A DNA stretch of 64,000 nucleotides from Phoronis australis (Eukaryota; Animalia; Phoronida). Shown in pieces: positions 13,058-27,569 of this stretch (position 1 is the first letter of the stretch; every line of letters starts with the position of its first letter). The DNA is taken from assembly GCA_002633005.1 (NCBI GenBank), contig NMRA01000071.1:1011961-1075960 (forward strand), written 5' to 3'. A model generated the notes under the pieces. That model was not told the origin of the DNA and searched no databases. It saw nothing but the letters and a program-made list of their open reading frames with translations. The position numbers were made by a program, and so were the translations under genes.

Positions 13058-15522
13058 CTGACTCAGGATATCAGGATTCAGGGTTTGATGTCATCAAATT
13101 GGTACTCCTTGTTGGTGGGCGAGGATCAGTCTAACCAAGCCGAAAGCTTTGGCTGAAGGCTTGGATCAATCATGCAACGGTATACTTGTGTAGATAGTAA
13201 GGAACAGCCTCACTGAGACAGGTATTTCAATCAACAGTATAACAAAACAAAAATGTTTATTCTTCTCATTTCATGGCTTGGTTTTTGGATGTTTCGCGAA
13301 ATTAAATATGAGCAACCAACACTAGGTTTTGTGTTTAACAGGGAGTCCCAAGGTAAGTGTGATCGTGCATAGGTTTACTTCGAATATAAAATGATTTCCA
13401 CATACATTAAAGTGCCTTGCTTTGGTTGCTTGCTTTCAGTTATCAACATCAACCAAGATCAAATCAGTTGCGATGAGCATAAGGAGACCCTAAGAAGTTT
13501 GGCAAAATGACCAAGATGACGCTTTAGTTAGATGTCTTTTCTTACTGTATATAGTCTGAGGGTGGACGTAAATTGTATACTATCATGTTGAGAAAGTGCT
13601 TGATAAATGTTTTATACGGATGAGTAACGCAATGTGATCGTTTTGCAATCTGTGATGACCTATCCTTTTCCGCATTTCCGTAATGTGTAATAAAATGCAG
13701 AACGCCCAAAGAAACGTTCCCCTGGGTAGCAATGATAATGGCATATTTGTAATAAACCGAATTTTTGGGTTTGGATAGTTCAGTCTTTACGTTTGCGTTT
13801 GCGATTAGATTCTTGGCCAAAAAGCAACATTGTTAATCATCTGAGGCAGCAATATAGCCAGACTTCTTTAAAAAAAATCCGGGAAATGGAGAACGCAAGA
13901 ATCGAATCAGACTACAAAAACTTGATCAGAATATTGATTTCCTCAATACCTGTCTACCCAATAGTCTTGCACCGGCATTTTGTGACTTAAGAGGGCAGTA
14001 CACTTCAGACCAGGCAAAAATCAATACACGGCCGATACACCCTATGTGACAGATTTGGATCATATTATGCATTTTTGTTTACTGTCCTATGGTAATTACT
14101 AAAATGCTCTTTAAACAAATTCTAACCTGTTAGGTAGCTTAAAAGTTGGGTAGCTAAGTTTTCACCGAAAACCACTATCAGAACTCATCCCAATAATCAC
14201 AGTTTTTGTGACATTGTAAGTAATTTCAGAAGCTACTAGAAAATGAAATACCTACTGTTTTGTAAAAAGCCACCCATTTTCTTCGTAAAAATGAAAGATA
14301 AAAGTGTCAAGTTGCACTTTAAATTTCACATTTTGGGTCTGAAAGGTCATGGGGTCATACAAGCAGAAAACATGGAAAATATGCCCAGATTTGAATGAGT
14401 CGATCTCACCTTAAGCCTAATGTTACACTTTGAAACTTAATTGTGAGTTTGATCTATTTATTAGAATAGATATTTGGCATCAAATTTACCTGTAAACACA
14501 AGTCTTCATATAGTAATGAGCAATTGTTCACAGCCACCTCAGCCAAAGTGAGCACTTGTGACAATAGCTACCAGTCATCAAAAAATGTTGAGTTTTCAGA
14601 TCTAAAAGAACTCAAATGGTTGTTAAGTTTTTAGGTTTATTTATTAGAAAATAAAATTCAATAAAAGTAGTATTTTTGTTTTGATATTTACTGTGAATTA
14701 CCATTTTGATGAAAAGCCCTTCAGGCGCCTCTGATATCACTGAAGAAAAAATGGCTACTGAGGTGGATGAAGTAGCTAATATAGTGTGTTCGTTGGCATC
14801 ATTATATCCTTCAAATCAGGTTTGTGGAGCTTCAAAGGAATACCGAAACCATTCAGCAAGCAATTGGAGCACTAACTGATTGCAGCAAATTCTTATTTTC
14901 CGGAATAACTGCATCTTGCCAACATTTAATCATAGCAAAACAACAGTTGTAGTAGAAGATTTTTATTTCAATTGCATTGTGGTTGCTTATAAAACCTCGT
15001 AGACAAATAAAAATGCCGTCTATTCAGCAGATTTTGTGTCTCGAAAGTTTTACTGCGCAAGTCGTCCATACATGTAGTTACAGGAGTTGCTAACTACAAG
15101 GTTCGCACATTGCTTCAAATATGAATAGGGCTCATTGGCTTGTAAACTGCACATTGACTCAAAAACTGGTGACTGGCTCACAAACTCATCTGCTAGGTAT
15201 CTTTGAGTTCTTGCTGTTTTTAACAATGTAACTTACCCAACAGTAGGTAAGCTGTAGGTCACATTTAGGTAAATTATTCAACAGGGGTAACTGCTCATCT
15301 TAGGGTCTGGTATACGAAGTTTCTTTAAAATTTACAAAAAATAACAATTTCACCATTTCCAACATTGTCACAATGTTAATACTAACACTTTAAACATTGA
15401 AGTTTAATGAAACTTTCGTGCAAACACTTTTTAACCTTTTAAGATTGACGTAGTTTTTCCATAGTGTTTCTGTCTAAACGTTCCTGCATTTTTGTTACAA
15501 AAAATATTTTATGTACACGTTT

Positions 15523-15775
15523 CAGTGGCGGAACTAGGATACTATAAGCTACCGTGTCTCTTCAGGCATCCCGCGTTACATATGAGGGGCTCGAGTTTCT
15601 GAAAGACTGGACATTTTACCGAGAAACAAACGGATTACTAAAAATAAAAAACGGGTGCTGCATCAAACTTTCTGGGATTAACCGTTAATAATAAGCTCGA
15701 TAGTTTCGCACCATCATTTGCTGTTATATTTTTGCATCAGCCAAGGAGGGAGAGCTGCCCCTTAAATCCGCCTAT
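15523..15775. mobile_element. Degenerate small MITE (CAGTGGCGGA...TCCGCC-type, hAT-like ends)
   Basis: CAGTGGCGGAACTAGG at the left and CTTAAATCCGCCTAT at the right form weak inverted termini. Confidence 0.35.
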
Positions 15776-17336
15776 TAATTTCCCGGGAACACTTTTTTAT
15801 AAATGCAGTTTCCTGCAAGCACTTTTTCATCAATAAAGTTTCCTGCAACTTTCCTGCAAACTTCAGTGTTTGCAGCAAAGTTGCGGCAATGTGTGCGGCT
15901 GAGGTGCAGGTAGCGGCAAACTCCCGCAAACATTGCGGCTAGGTTGCTGCAACCAAAATTGTTTGTTGCAAGCTTGCTACGGATATGGTCTTTTGCTATG
16001 GGCGAACTTTAGTGCGCTAAACCCAAGTAGTAATTTTTTTCTGCCCAGTCAAGTCTCGTGTTCAGAAAGTAGATTTTCAGGTTCCTCCAGCCTTAACTGC
16101 TTACGAATGAACTTCTATTTTGCTGCCAATTTCTTAATGAATGTGAACACACTGTTAACTTCAGTTCTTTCAATGAAGTGGAAGTGGATATGTTACTGTT
16201 ACATGTAAGTGTTGTCTAATGTGACACGCACTGATGTTTCACCTCTTGGCTATGCAACCTGTCTTGTGCATTAACATTCCTTTATCAATATGTTCATCTT
16301 GCGATCAATTTCACATTTATAAAAAAACATTAATTATACTGGAAAGAGATGTAAAAAATGGTGGTATGCCGACAATTTTCTCTTCCTTAAAATTTATTCC
16401 CTCCATTAATGATATGCAGTTTAACACTTTCACCATAAGGAATAACAGCGTCATTTTCTGATCCATACAAAATAATCCTTGTGAACTATTATTTTTTTGC
16501 TCTGTGATCACATTGGCGGATGATTACAGGCAACTGTTTCCATACAGTTACATCGCCGACATACCGTCCGTTCCACGTGAAATTGTTTTTTATTACAGCA
16601 ACAATAACTAAAACTTAGGGCGCTTTTACAACATGCAGCAACACTGTCATTTTCTTATCAAAACAATCACTGTGGCTATGTAGACTGTATGTACTTTTCA
16701 CGAACTCAGTCTTTCGTGATGGACTGTTCTCTTATCACTTTGATAGATGAAAGTACACATCAGTTGTACCTAATTACTTAACTTTATAGCTTTGCTTATC
16801 GTGAAATCCAATTCTAATCTACAAGAACAATTTCTTTGACTGGAATTGGCCGAGATGGTTGTATGTTGATATTTTCTATTACTTAATATCACACAGTAAC
16901 TCTGATCATTGAATGACATACAGCTTAATGTTAACTAAAAACTTATTAACTTTCACCTCAAATAGTAACGCCATTTTTACCAAAATGTAACGAATAGTTG
17001 ATATACTGCAGTTGTTTTCTTAAGAAATTAGATTTTCCCGATGAACTGTACTCTAGTCGATGGATGAGTATAGATTTCAGTTCTTTCAAATTACTTTAGG
17101 CCTGCTAAAGTGCTGACATTATAATATTATGGCTATGTTTTAGGCATATCTTGTTGTACTTGGTATTAGTTGTGTTGCTAGGAAGAGCCTGATGAGATTC
17201 AAATTAGATGTTTTTGGAATAGATTCGTCGCATGAGGCTGCGAACACCCTATGAAGTTCATGAAATGAGAACCCTGATAGACAATAAGCGTCAAATTTTG
17301 AAAAAATATGTCACAAACCCTCTATGGGTGATCAAC

Positions 17337-17858
17337 TCATTTACTTTCCTGACACCTCACTGGCTATTTGCATGGGTGTGTTTCAATTGTTTTACAACCA
17401 AACAAGCCGCAACTGATACTGTGAATAAAGTACCTCCTGGAGGTACGAGTACGCCTGCATTGATTTTTAGTGCAACTCTCCGAGTCAGTAAGCATCTTAA
17501 ATAGTTGAATAATATCACCGGACATTAAATTGTTCTGTAAAGCTCTGGATAGGTTCTTGAGCTATAGGTGGAAGGTAATCAGCACGAATATTGTTTGATC
17601 TAGTCATTCCATTTTCTGACGCTTCACTGATTATTTGCATGGATGTATTTTAATTATTTTACAGCCAAACAAGCTGTAACTCATTCTCTGAATAAAGTAC
17701 CTCCTGGAAGTACGAGTAAGTCGGCATTGATTTATTTATCGCAACCCTCTGAGTCAATACTCAGCTTAAATAGTTGAATTATAGCACAGGGCATTAAATT
17801 GTTTGTAAAACTCTAGAGAAGGTCTTTAGCTAAAGGTGGGAGGTAATCAGTACGAATA
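17337..17858. repeat. Tandem duplication, ~268-bp unit x2, each carrying a 51-bp exon-like core
   Basis: GAATAAAGTACCTCCTGGA(G/A)GTACGAGTA and flanks recur at ~17423 and ~17690. Confidence 0.85.
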
Positions 17859-20800
17859 AAGTAATCCCATAGCGTTGGTATTTTTTTCAGTCGCAGTCCC
17901 TTTATGATTAATTTATAATTTTATGTCATTCAGTGAAACATTTAAGTCATTTTGATGTTGCTCAATATTTGTTAATCAGATAAAGCGGACTTGACTTCGA
18001 GAAACATTTGTCGATGGATGATTATTTTAGCTGTCAATGTTCAGGTGTCAAATCAATCATGTTTCCAGCAGCAACGTTTATGTCCGTTGTTAGGCAAAAT
18101 ATTCATTTTACAAATTGACTGTATTAATACAAGTGCCACATCAAGCTCTATCCCGGTATTACCTAAAATTGAACTAGACACCGTTCGTACTTATGTAAAA
18201 ATCTCACGCAGGAACCACAACATCCCATTGACTGACCGTGCCCTCAAAGTTGAATGACGTGGTTCAGGTCTAGAATACATTCTTTGTCTATTTTTTCTCG
18301 AACTGGTCGTCATCGTGGAATTTTAGTTGAAAAGTCTGAACGTCGCCATCTTTATTTTTCTGTTGACTCTGTTAAAGGATTATTGTATCACACGACAGTA
18401 ATAGTTTCGGGTATTGATATCGAAGTTTTATTTCTATTACCCACATGAAACTGTATGTAGCCGTTTCCATACGCCTGCATCGCTCAAAATGTCGTCTTTT
18501 GCATGCAAATTCACCTTCCTATTCACAAGAACCTTAATCAAAACCTTTTTATAGATTTAATACATTTATTACAAAAGACGGGTACATATACTGTACAAAT
18601 ACACAAAACAGCAAGGTACGGATCTGTGCAAAAAGTGAGAAAGTATGTGATTGTTACTTCCAAGTTAAAGAGTACTCCTTAAATATCTGTTCTGGCATCT
18701 GGTCAACTCTGGTTCCCTTCATGTTTCAAAAACACATATCTAATTTTACCATTGCTTGTATCATTAAATTTCCGTGTGTTCAACGAAGCACTGACTTCTA
18801 CATTAAAACACACACCCCAAAAATTAGGATATCTTAAATTAGGTTTTACGTTAGCAAATTTCACTTGAAAAATCAAAATTTTAGTTAGTAAAAGCAACAA
18901 ACTCAAAATTCCGTGCTGTTCATTTTGAACGCCAAATGTAAATGTGGTTTTGCCTATTTCAAAATTAACTTGCGAACACAATTGTGGGTGATGAACTGTT
19001 CGCTGATCACTTTGGTGGATGACAGTAGACATCAGTTGTACTTTACTAGTTAAGACCTGTTAAATACTGTCATTGCACTGTAGTCCAATCGATTATAGTT
19101 GTCAATGTTGACGAATTATTGTGTGTTGTCAAAACGTCTGATGATATTGAAATTAAAAGTTACGTAACTGTTGTCAATTATTATGTAATGTTACTTTTGT
19201 TACCCCCAAACACTTACTTTTCACCCTCTTGTTTTGCGCAACAATTTTCTGTGATAGATCTCTTGATCGTGAAAATAATTTCTCATTTACAGGTAGCACT
19301 ACTTCGGGAAAGGGAAAAGGTGGCGGTATGTCAAAATTTTCATTTCATTTAAAACTAATTCTGTTCATTGACGACAAAGAGCTTAGCATTAAGTAAAGAC
19401 TATATTCTAGGTAACTTTAGCCAGTATAGATATCCACAAGCTGTAACAGACACACTTTCTTATCACGGAACTTCGAAGTGATGATGGGGAGGAATGTCTA
19501 TATTTTTGTCTATTATAGATTAGAAGTATTTTCAGCGATGAAATTCGAGTTTAAATTTAAGTAGAAAATGCTCCGCTTTCATAACAAGCATAAACATCAT
19601 TTTCTTATCGACGCTAATCTAGTTGTTTTGTTAAACTCCAAATACTCTCTTACGAATCCAGTGTTTTGGATGAATTGTCCTGTCATTGTTTCTATGGATA
19701 CCATCCGGCATATGGGTGACTTGGGCCGCTGTTCAATGTGATTTACAGCAGGGGTGACCAATTCAATGTGTTAAATGACAACAGTTGCTCCACGCAATTG
19801 GTCTTCGAAGTACAAAACTCCTGGCATATGGAAACACAGCATTTCATAGGCTTGTCATACCGTAGTTTAAAATCTCTCAACTTGGGAAGGTCCGATTTAT
19901 AGATATACCGCTTGCAAAATGTTGAACTGTTTGTCTTTTTTTTTACCAAAGTTGCCGTATACCAGGATGGCCGTATCAGTGTAATGTGCACTGTCATATA
20001 TCTGAAACAACGTCACCTACTGGCAGGAGCCCAATTTGTATTCAAACACTCTCAAACCAAGTGAGAGCCTGTGGCGGTTATGAAACGTTTTAAGTATAAA
20101 CCAATTTTGAGGAAATATCGTTTATAATTAAGTTGAGGGAAACATAACTTTTGTTGATGTTTCGGCAAATACGACTAGACTTAATGCAAACAACATTCAA
20201 TTGAATATTTTTTCAGATCACTTTCTAAGCATAGTAATACAAAATAATATCGATTTTGAGGAAGAATCGTTCATGTTTTCGTGGGTGTTTTTGCAATAAT
20301 TCTAAGATTGAAATATAATTCACTGAAAGTCTACCACGGCTAAGACTAGTTTGAAAGCAAACAACTGGATTTAATCAAATAACATATTTTAGGTGGTTAG
20401 TAATTGGTGTATTATTTCAGCAATATGTGTTATCATACGTGTATTATTTATACAATAGTGTTTGTGGCTAAAAGACACGAATAAATAATACTTATTATCA
20501 AAACAAACGTAGAGTAATAATTAGTAAGTGCATGTCGATCATGCGCATCAAACCAAGTGCCAGTACTCTCATTGTAATAATTACAACACACTTAACAAAT
20601 TGTATGGACACGATATTACATTTCAATGTACACTATACAAAACATATCAATCCATAAAACATAACAGATATCTCAGCCCTTAAGCTTGGCACACTGCTAA
20701 TGTTCTGGAATAACTGCAATCACTATAATTTGGCAGTAATTTTTCTCGTATACATATGTCATTGAAAACACGACCTTGGTTTGTTTTAACAAGTTTTATC

Positions 20801-21059
20801 TCACTTCTTTCCAACTCTCTAAATAGAGATCATGTCTTTACATCACAACAGTGCAACAAAAGTCCAAACGACATCAGCAGGTAACATATTTTAAAAAGCG
20901 ATAATTCGAGACACATATCTCATCTTCAAGCTGTTATTTACAACTAGTTCACAGTGAAACACACATCAGAAATGACAAATGCAATATAACACGTGGAGTT
21001 GTCATAAGCAACTATGACGATAAAAACATAATACATAAATACGTTCATGTGCATCATAA

Positions 21060-22410
21060 TCTACAAATCAATTAAATAACGATAGGTTCCTTTGGGTTCC
21101 AGTTAGCTGCTCGTTCAAACTGGGTTTTTCAAACATTAACGTTCGTAACTTGTGCATATCATTTTCAGTGTATCTAATGACTGTATTGTCGACAATCTCC
21201 TGACGAGTTATCTTGCGACCATGAACTTTTTGAAAATGGTCTTTTATGGAACCGTTTTGTAAATGCATTGAAAGTCACCGTGACAAGGTACACACTGTGT
21301 GCAGAATGTAATTTTGTTTCTGACGACGAAAACATTCGACCTCGGGGCAAGTAAACTCATAAACAACATTACATCTAGCAACAGCGCAGACCTTCTCACG
21401 ACTTATATTGTTTCTCATCACGAAATTAGAGGTCTTCATATTCTTGTAATAAATAATTTCATCTAGTTTGTCGTTAGGACTAACACTTCTTACATTATTA
21501 TAGATTATGTTCTTTAGGACTTGTCCATCTTGTACATAACTTTTGGACATACAGTTTTTGTAGAAGAGTATTTAACATTACCAGCAAATGTTTGTACATG
21601 AAAATGTTGTTCATATTTGATACAAACCGATTAATATGCGTATCCACAAATGAATTTGTGTAACCCTTATTTATTAGAAGTTGTTTTACATATTGGACTT
21701 CACTAATGAACAGTTTCCAGTCTGACGAAATAGTGTGAGCTCTCTTTAAGACATTGACTAAAACAGCTATCTTATAACGCTCAGGACAGTCACTATCAGC
21801 TTGGAGACAGATAGCGTTGTCAGTAAGCTTGTAATAAACCGATGTGATGAATCTTGTGTCTGAGTTACATATAAGTACGTCTAGATATGGTATCTTATCA
21901 TTCACAGATGTATCATGAGAGAATTTCAATACTGAATGGTCCTCAAGCACAGTCTTAAGCGATTACCATTTCATCAAAATTACAGTAGGCGAAAATATCA
22001 TCAACATGTCGAACATATAAAGGAATGTGGTCAATGTTAGATTTAACTAGTTTTTCAACTTCTGACATATAAATTCATCAACGCTGGGCTTAATGGGAAC
22101 TCATACTAACACCATCTTTCTGCAAAAATAGTTTACCATTTATATGTCGAAATGGTACTTTCGTAGGGCAAGTTAATAGCATTTTTTTAAGTACGTCCTG
22201 AGGAATTTCAGTTTTCAAATTTGGATGTTTATAGACATTGTTAATAATAATATCTATGGTTTCAAGCACTGGGATATTGGTGAATAACGACTCTGCATCC
22301 AGTGACATTAGTTGGCAGCCAGCAATAGGTACAATGGTAGGCAGAATCTCAAGGAAGCCATCACGTGACTTGATACTATACTGACAACAGATAAGCACAC
22401 AACCCATTTA
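21060..22410 (-). mobile_element. Penelope-like retroelement fragment (RT plus GIY-YIG endonuclease), frameshifted
   Basis: RT motifs LMSLDAESLFTNIP, QKDGVSM, YVRHVDDIF (~22000) and IPYLDVLI. C-terminal GIY-YIG motif NVVYEFTC...YILHT..TLSR / MHLQNGSIKDH. Split across four ORFs. Confidence 0.9.
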
Positions 22411-23256
22411 CTTCTTGCAGTGTCGGCTGACAGTTCCAGCAAGGTCATAGTCGGCGCAGTCTTTGTTGTGATGGCAATGATCTACACTTCCGGTTAATGC
22501 TTCAGAGCATGAGAGAGGGGCTGTCTGTCAATTGTCATTTGGACACTCTATTTGAATTACAGCGCCACCACCATAGTGAAGCGAGAAAACATAGTACTCC
22601 AAAGTTAATCCAGTATCCAAATGCCCGAGTTGCGTTCTAGTTTATAACGTGTTCTCCTTTTTACTAGCGTGCAAGTTCATTCGTTTGATGTTCAATTGTT
22701 ACTTATTTGATAGACGTGTGTGTTGTTATTAGAATTTAGTATTGGGGTTATATATTGAGCTACTTATAACCGTTCATCAGGTGTTTTCTATTATATTAAT
22801 CACATTTTAAACTGTATTTTTAGAACATTTGCTGGATAATATCTTGTCGTTTGTTATTGATGTTGATGTTACTTCAAGCGTTAATACGACTAATATTCCG
22901 TTAAATGTTGAAATATAACTTGATGGAAACACCAATCGTCTCGGTTGTTTCCGGGTAATCTCATTATTTTATGACGTCATTTAGTATGGCAGGTCATGAT
23001 AATACACTCCACATGGTCATACGTACGACGGAGCTTGAATCTGAGTTCACACAAGGTCAGCCAGTGTGTACGTAAGGATAATGAAAGACATTTAGCATTT
23101 CTGCACAATCTATGAAACGTTTTCAACTCAGGGTAAACCGACACACTCAGTGTGCCGAACATCTTGGAAATTCCGCCTGTTCTACATATGTACGTGACAT
23201 CCGAATTTGGCTTAAATTGCTCGCGCCGTAAATTTAAACTGACAGTTAGGACCAGG

Positions 23257-23747
23257 ATAAGACAGTCCAGATTCTTTAAGGGAATGAAATGCTTTTGTTA
23301 ACTTTCCACATCTAGCACTAACTGAGCAGAGGTCACCTGACCGAGAACAGGGACTCCTAGGATCTCCAATCGATCAATTTTTATGTACCGTTTATCAATA
23401 TTGTTGCATCTGATTTCCCTACATGAATCTGTACATATTTTTGCTTTTATATATCTGTAATAGCGTATCTAAGTATTGGAATACTTATTTTAGATACTAC
23501 TTTTATGTATATACCTCTATGTATATAAGTTTCATTTATGAATTGTTTACAACCCAGATATAATGCTTCGCGGTTTCTGGGTTTGTTATTATTTCTTTGT
23601 TTGTTCTGTGTATCCTTCAATAAATATATATCACCTGATAAGCAGTCCAGATTCTTTAAGGGAATGAAATGCTTTTGTTAACTTTTCACATCTAACACTA
23701 AATGAGCAGAGGACACCTGACCGAGAACAAGGATCTCCAATCGATCA
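23257..23747. repeat. ~110-bp direct duplication (23257-23376 and ~23638-23747)
   Basis: CAGTCCAGATTCTTTAAGGGAATGAAATGCTTTTGTTAACTTT...GACCGAGAACA occurs twice. Confidence 0.9.
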
Positions 23748-24340
23748 GTGTTATCGATTTTTCTACCACTCAAAGGCCAAGTTGGCTTACAAGCAAATTG
23801 GTGGCTTCCAGTAATCCACATGTAGGTCATTTGCTTTTTAATTAGCAATTCTAATATGTGGGCAATTAACTTTTGGTTGTTAAAACAACCCGAAGTTAAT
23901 TGTACAATTATTAGCATAGCCACTACATATTCTGCATCAATGCATTCTGACGACCCAAGTAACAGCAGCAAAACAAATGGTTAAGTCATCTGCTTAGCAA
24001 ATGAATTCCGTGAGTGAGAGCCAAATCTGATACATGAGTCGAATGAATATAGACCTGACATCAGATCACGAATGTGAACATTGTACAGCTGGGGAGGCAG
24101 TATACTACCCTGTCTCGTTGCTTGAGTGACTCGGAAAATGCCGTTAAAATTGGCGACAGTATTCAACCTAATAACCACATCAAGATTACTAAACATTTAC
24201 TCCAGAAAAGAGAAAGACCGTGATCTGTTTTTGGAAATAAGGCACATTTTTGTTTATTTCGTAGATGCCGGAAAGGGCAAGAACTTCACAACACGCTTTA
24301 ACAGCTTTTGTCCCATTGACCAAACTTTCTCACCTTGGAG
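23680..24340 (-). mobile_element. Decayed non-LTR retrotransposon (LINE) RT fragment
   Basis: FRVTQATRQGSILPPQLYNVHIRDL resembles the LINE RT motif GVRQG..LSP.LF..Y..DL, and is followed by a degenerate F/YADD region. Confidence 0.7.
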
Positions 24341-24382
24341 TTGAAGCCAACAGCGCAGCAGTAGATTCTTTGATGTTATTGG

Positions 24383-24968
24383 TAGAACGGATAGAGTAAT
24401 TTAACAGACTATAGATACGATTCAGACAGCAACAAATAATATGCACATTTTTCTGGCATATATTTACAGCATCGTGGGTACATAGAGCGAGGGGATTTCA
24501 GTGTCACTGCGTATCCCAGGATGTCCTGCAACGTAATTGTATACATAAGGTCCTACGTACTGGTGTTTTGGTTCCAGATTTGAAGAAATCTGACTTAAAT
24601 CTACTGGTGTGTGCAACTCCATGACCTAACAGTAACCTATGTGTGCAGTATCTAAATTTTTGAGATCATTGCAGTGACTCGACAAACATATTTTAGCGTT
24701 TTGTAACCTGTTTGACTTCAGAGCGCATACTTCACTTCTCATAGTACCTCTCTAACTGACGATCTTATTCATTATTCTTAGTTCTGCAAATAGGGCCGTC
24801 CTGGAATACGCAGTGACACTGAAACCCCCTAGCTCTATATACCCACTATGCTGTAAATATATGCCAGAAAAATTCGTTGCCTCGTTTTCGTGACATATGA
24901 GTTTCGCATATTACTTGTTGCTGTCTGAAACTTATCTATAGTCTGTTGCATTACTCTATTCACGGCTA
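24383..24968. mobile_element. MITE with long (~150 bp) terminal inverted repeats
   Basis: ATAGAGTAAT..AACAGACTATAGATA...CTGGCATATATTTACAGCA...GTGTCACTGCGTAT at the left is mirrored in reverse complement at 24800-24968. Confidence 0.8.
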
Positions 24969-25044
24969 CAATTTTCTACGTACAAGGCTAAGAATCGGCA
25001 CAGTAAATGGACCGGAAGTGTGCTACAAGCATACCGTAAATTGT

Positions 25045-27465
25045 TTACTTCCGGTTAAAGAAGGTGGAAATATCATGCCTGTGTATTGCAAACCACTGCT
25101 CTATTGGATCTTGATTAAAATGATCACTCAATACAAAACTGGCACCATTATTCAACAGAAATGTACACGATTCAATAAATGACTTAACAGTGATTTCAAT
25201 TCCTTCCATAGTTTGATAACTAAGAAGCATCTTACTTCGTTCAGTGGCACTGCAATTGCCAGGCCTACATGTATCTTGTATCTCCTGCTTCCAGTTGTGC
25301 AAATCTTGCACAAACCCTAACAACCATGTGAACGTCACATCATTGACATCCTCATAAGGTGCCAACGCAGGCTTTCTCTTGAGTACATGTTCATACAAAG
25401 AACGACCATTTAAGCAGCTAAACAATTTATCAACATTTCTCAACGACTTAACAGTTTCAGTAACCTGGGGCCCACCAGTGTGCTCGATTGCATTTGCCAC
25501 ATTTGAACTGAGCACCTGAGCAGCAAAACGAACTGCCATTGTTGCAAAAGATGTGAGAAACACATGGGCACGAAACAGTTTTGGTGCAAGTCTCATATCC
25601 TGACGAAACTGTTGTTCGTACAATTTAACAATGTGTAACCAAGAAATGTCACAACCATTAGGCCACATGTTTCTGCTTTGCTTGTGACAAAAAGAGTTCG
25701 ACAGACAATTTCGTATTGTTTTCAAGAGATGTGACGCGTCTGAAATAAAGAACAATGGCCTATTGTCGTGATCCCAAATGCTGGTAGTATTGTATATAAC
25801 TACTTCAAGTTAACATCATGCAACCTAAAAAACTTCCGGTTTGGTGATGCTCCATCACAGGTAATGCACATAATTTTCAAACCACACATTTCTAAACGCT
25901 CTACAGCTTCCCACAAGATTTTGAGTACAAGTAATCTGCTGTTATATCATTGCATGGAAAATGAGCGAGGGCAAACTTGTAATTTGAATTCAGTGAACGC
26001 ACCATTAAAGTAAGCATATACTTAGCCAAGTGTATTATTGGTTCGTTGTTGCCCTTCAGCTTTGCCTCAAAATCGTGTAAATCATTCCCAATGTTGCCAA
26101 GGTCAACAAACCCTATGAGCTCCCCACTATTCTTATCAAATACAAGATTTGACTTTATCTTGATCTCATCTTGTAATGAAGTGCAGAACTTTTGAGAATC
26201 ACCCAATGTGGCAACTTCCATTTCTCTTTGCATTTGCTGGAATGCTTCCACCTGAAACCCAGTCCTCACTCGGTGTAATCCTGTAATGTGCGTTGGGATG
26301 GTAGTTTAATAAAGCCAGCAGACCGCAATGCATCATATGCAGCAGACGACTTCAGCTTGATGCTGAGGGCCCATCTCACTATCATAGGATGCCAGCGCAT
26401 ACTTCTGGCATACGTGGCCTCGAATGCCTTCCTCTGTTGCTCCCAAAATAGGGCCATGAATGAATCACTTTCAAATGGATTTCTTTTTGATTGATACGAT
26501 ATCGTTTCTCTTACAAGTTTATCAACTTCAGAGTCTAATTCAACACCGTTGTTGCCTATCTGGTCTTGAATTCTATTCTCTAATTTCTTGACCGTCAGTT
26601 GCATGTTCCGTGCTTATTTGTATGAGCCTTCACTCTCATTCTCAACTGGTGGTCGTCTAAATGAGTCAAGAGTGTATTGGATGAAGGGATTGTGGGATCA
26701 TCGCAATTACGACTCTTTCTTGATTCTATCGCTCTTAGGGTTTTCCGATATCTACAGCATTATTTACACCGCGCATTTTCCTTCCTAATCAGCAGCTCAC
26801 ATTGCTGAAACCTCACGGAGCTTTGGTATTCGTCTCTCATTGGACCTTCTAAGTATGCGCTGTCATATCTTGAGTAACCCTGGTACTGATCATTAGGATT
26901 ACCAGGACATATGCACATTTTGTTGATGGCATTGACTACATTAAGTACAGTATTAGCAATTTTCAGGCTTCTGTCACTGTAGATCTGATGACTGAGTGGC
27001 AGTTCTCGATCATGAACATTTTTATGTTGAAGCTTAAGTCCCGAGAAACAGTGATGGCACATTTACAACGAGGCACATCGTTGACCACACACAGCTTGAT
27101 GATCATTAGATGTTCTGCTGTAAGGTTCAACACCCAAGTGTCTGGTAAACCTTCTTTTGAGTTATTCTTGATGTCAGCCAGTGTCTTGACATTTTCATCT
27201 GAAAATATGGCAACAGCATACTAGTAACAAAAATGTACACAACACTGGCAGATTCCACACAGATTAACCTCAAATATTGAGTAACCCCATCCCCACTTCT
27301 AAAATCTATTTGACTATTTACACCAACATCTAGCCTATGTACATTGGCACGAGGTTTCAGTCGGCAATTTCGCTGGCCATCTTCGGGTGTTACATAGTTC
27401 TTAGAAGACTGAGCATGATTGTATGGTACACCCATGATGGTTAATGATGCACACTTTTTTCCCAA
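25045..27465 (-). pseudogene. P-element/THAP9-like transposase, frameshifted and 3'-truncated
   Basis: Motifs RWHP..VRWAL...SSAAYDALR...KLPSQRTL; DEIKIKSNLVFD...IGFVDLG; CDGASPNRKFF (~25850); FISDASHLLKTIRNCL; QDPIEQWF. These are the conserved P-superfamily catalytic-core motifs. Confidence 0.9.
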
Positions 27466-27569
27466 TTTTGGAGTAAGTAGACCAACAGATTTTAGAAATG
27501 ATGTTACTACATCAGCCCCTCAAAGCAGTTTTAGAAAGACATTCTGGATGAAGATAAATTTCTTAACCA

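Noticed and set aside
16400-16500. KIIVHKDY...ENDA trypsin-like motif on the - strand, tempting as a protease partner for the kringles
   Set aside because: Needs a frameshift, has no TAAHC or GDSGGP motif nearby, and lies 28 kb from the nearest kringle.
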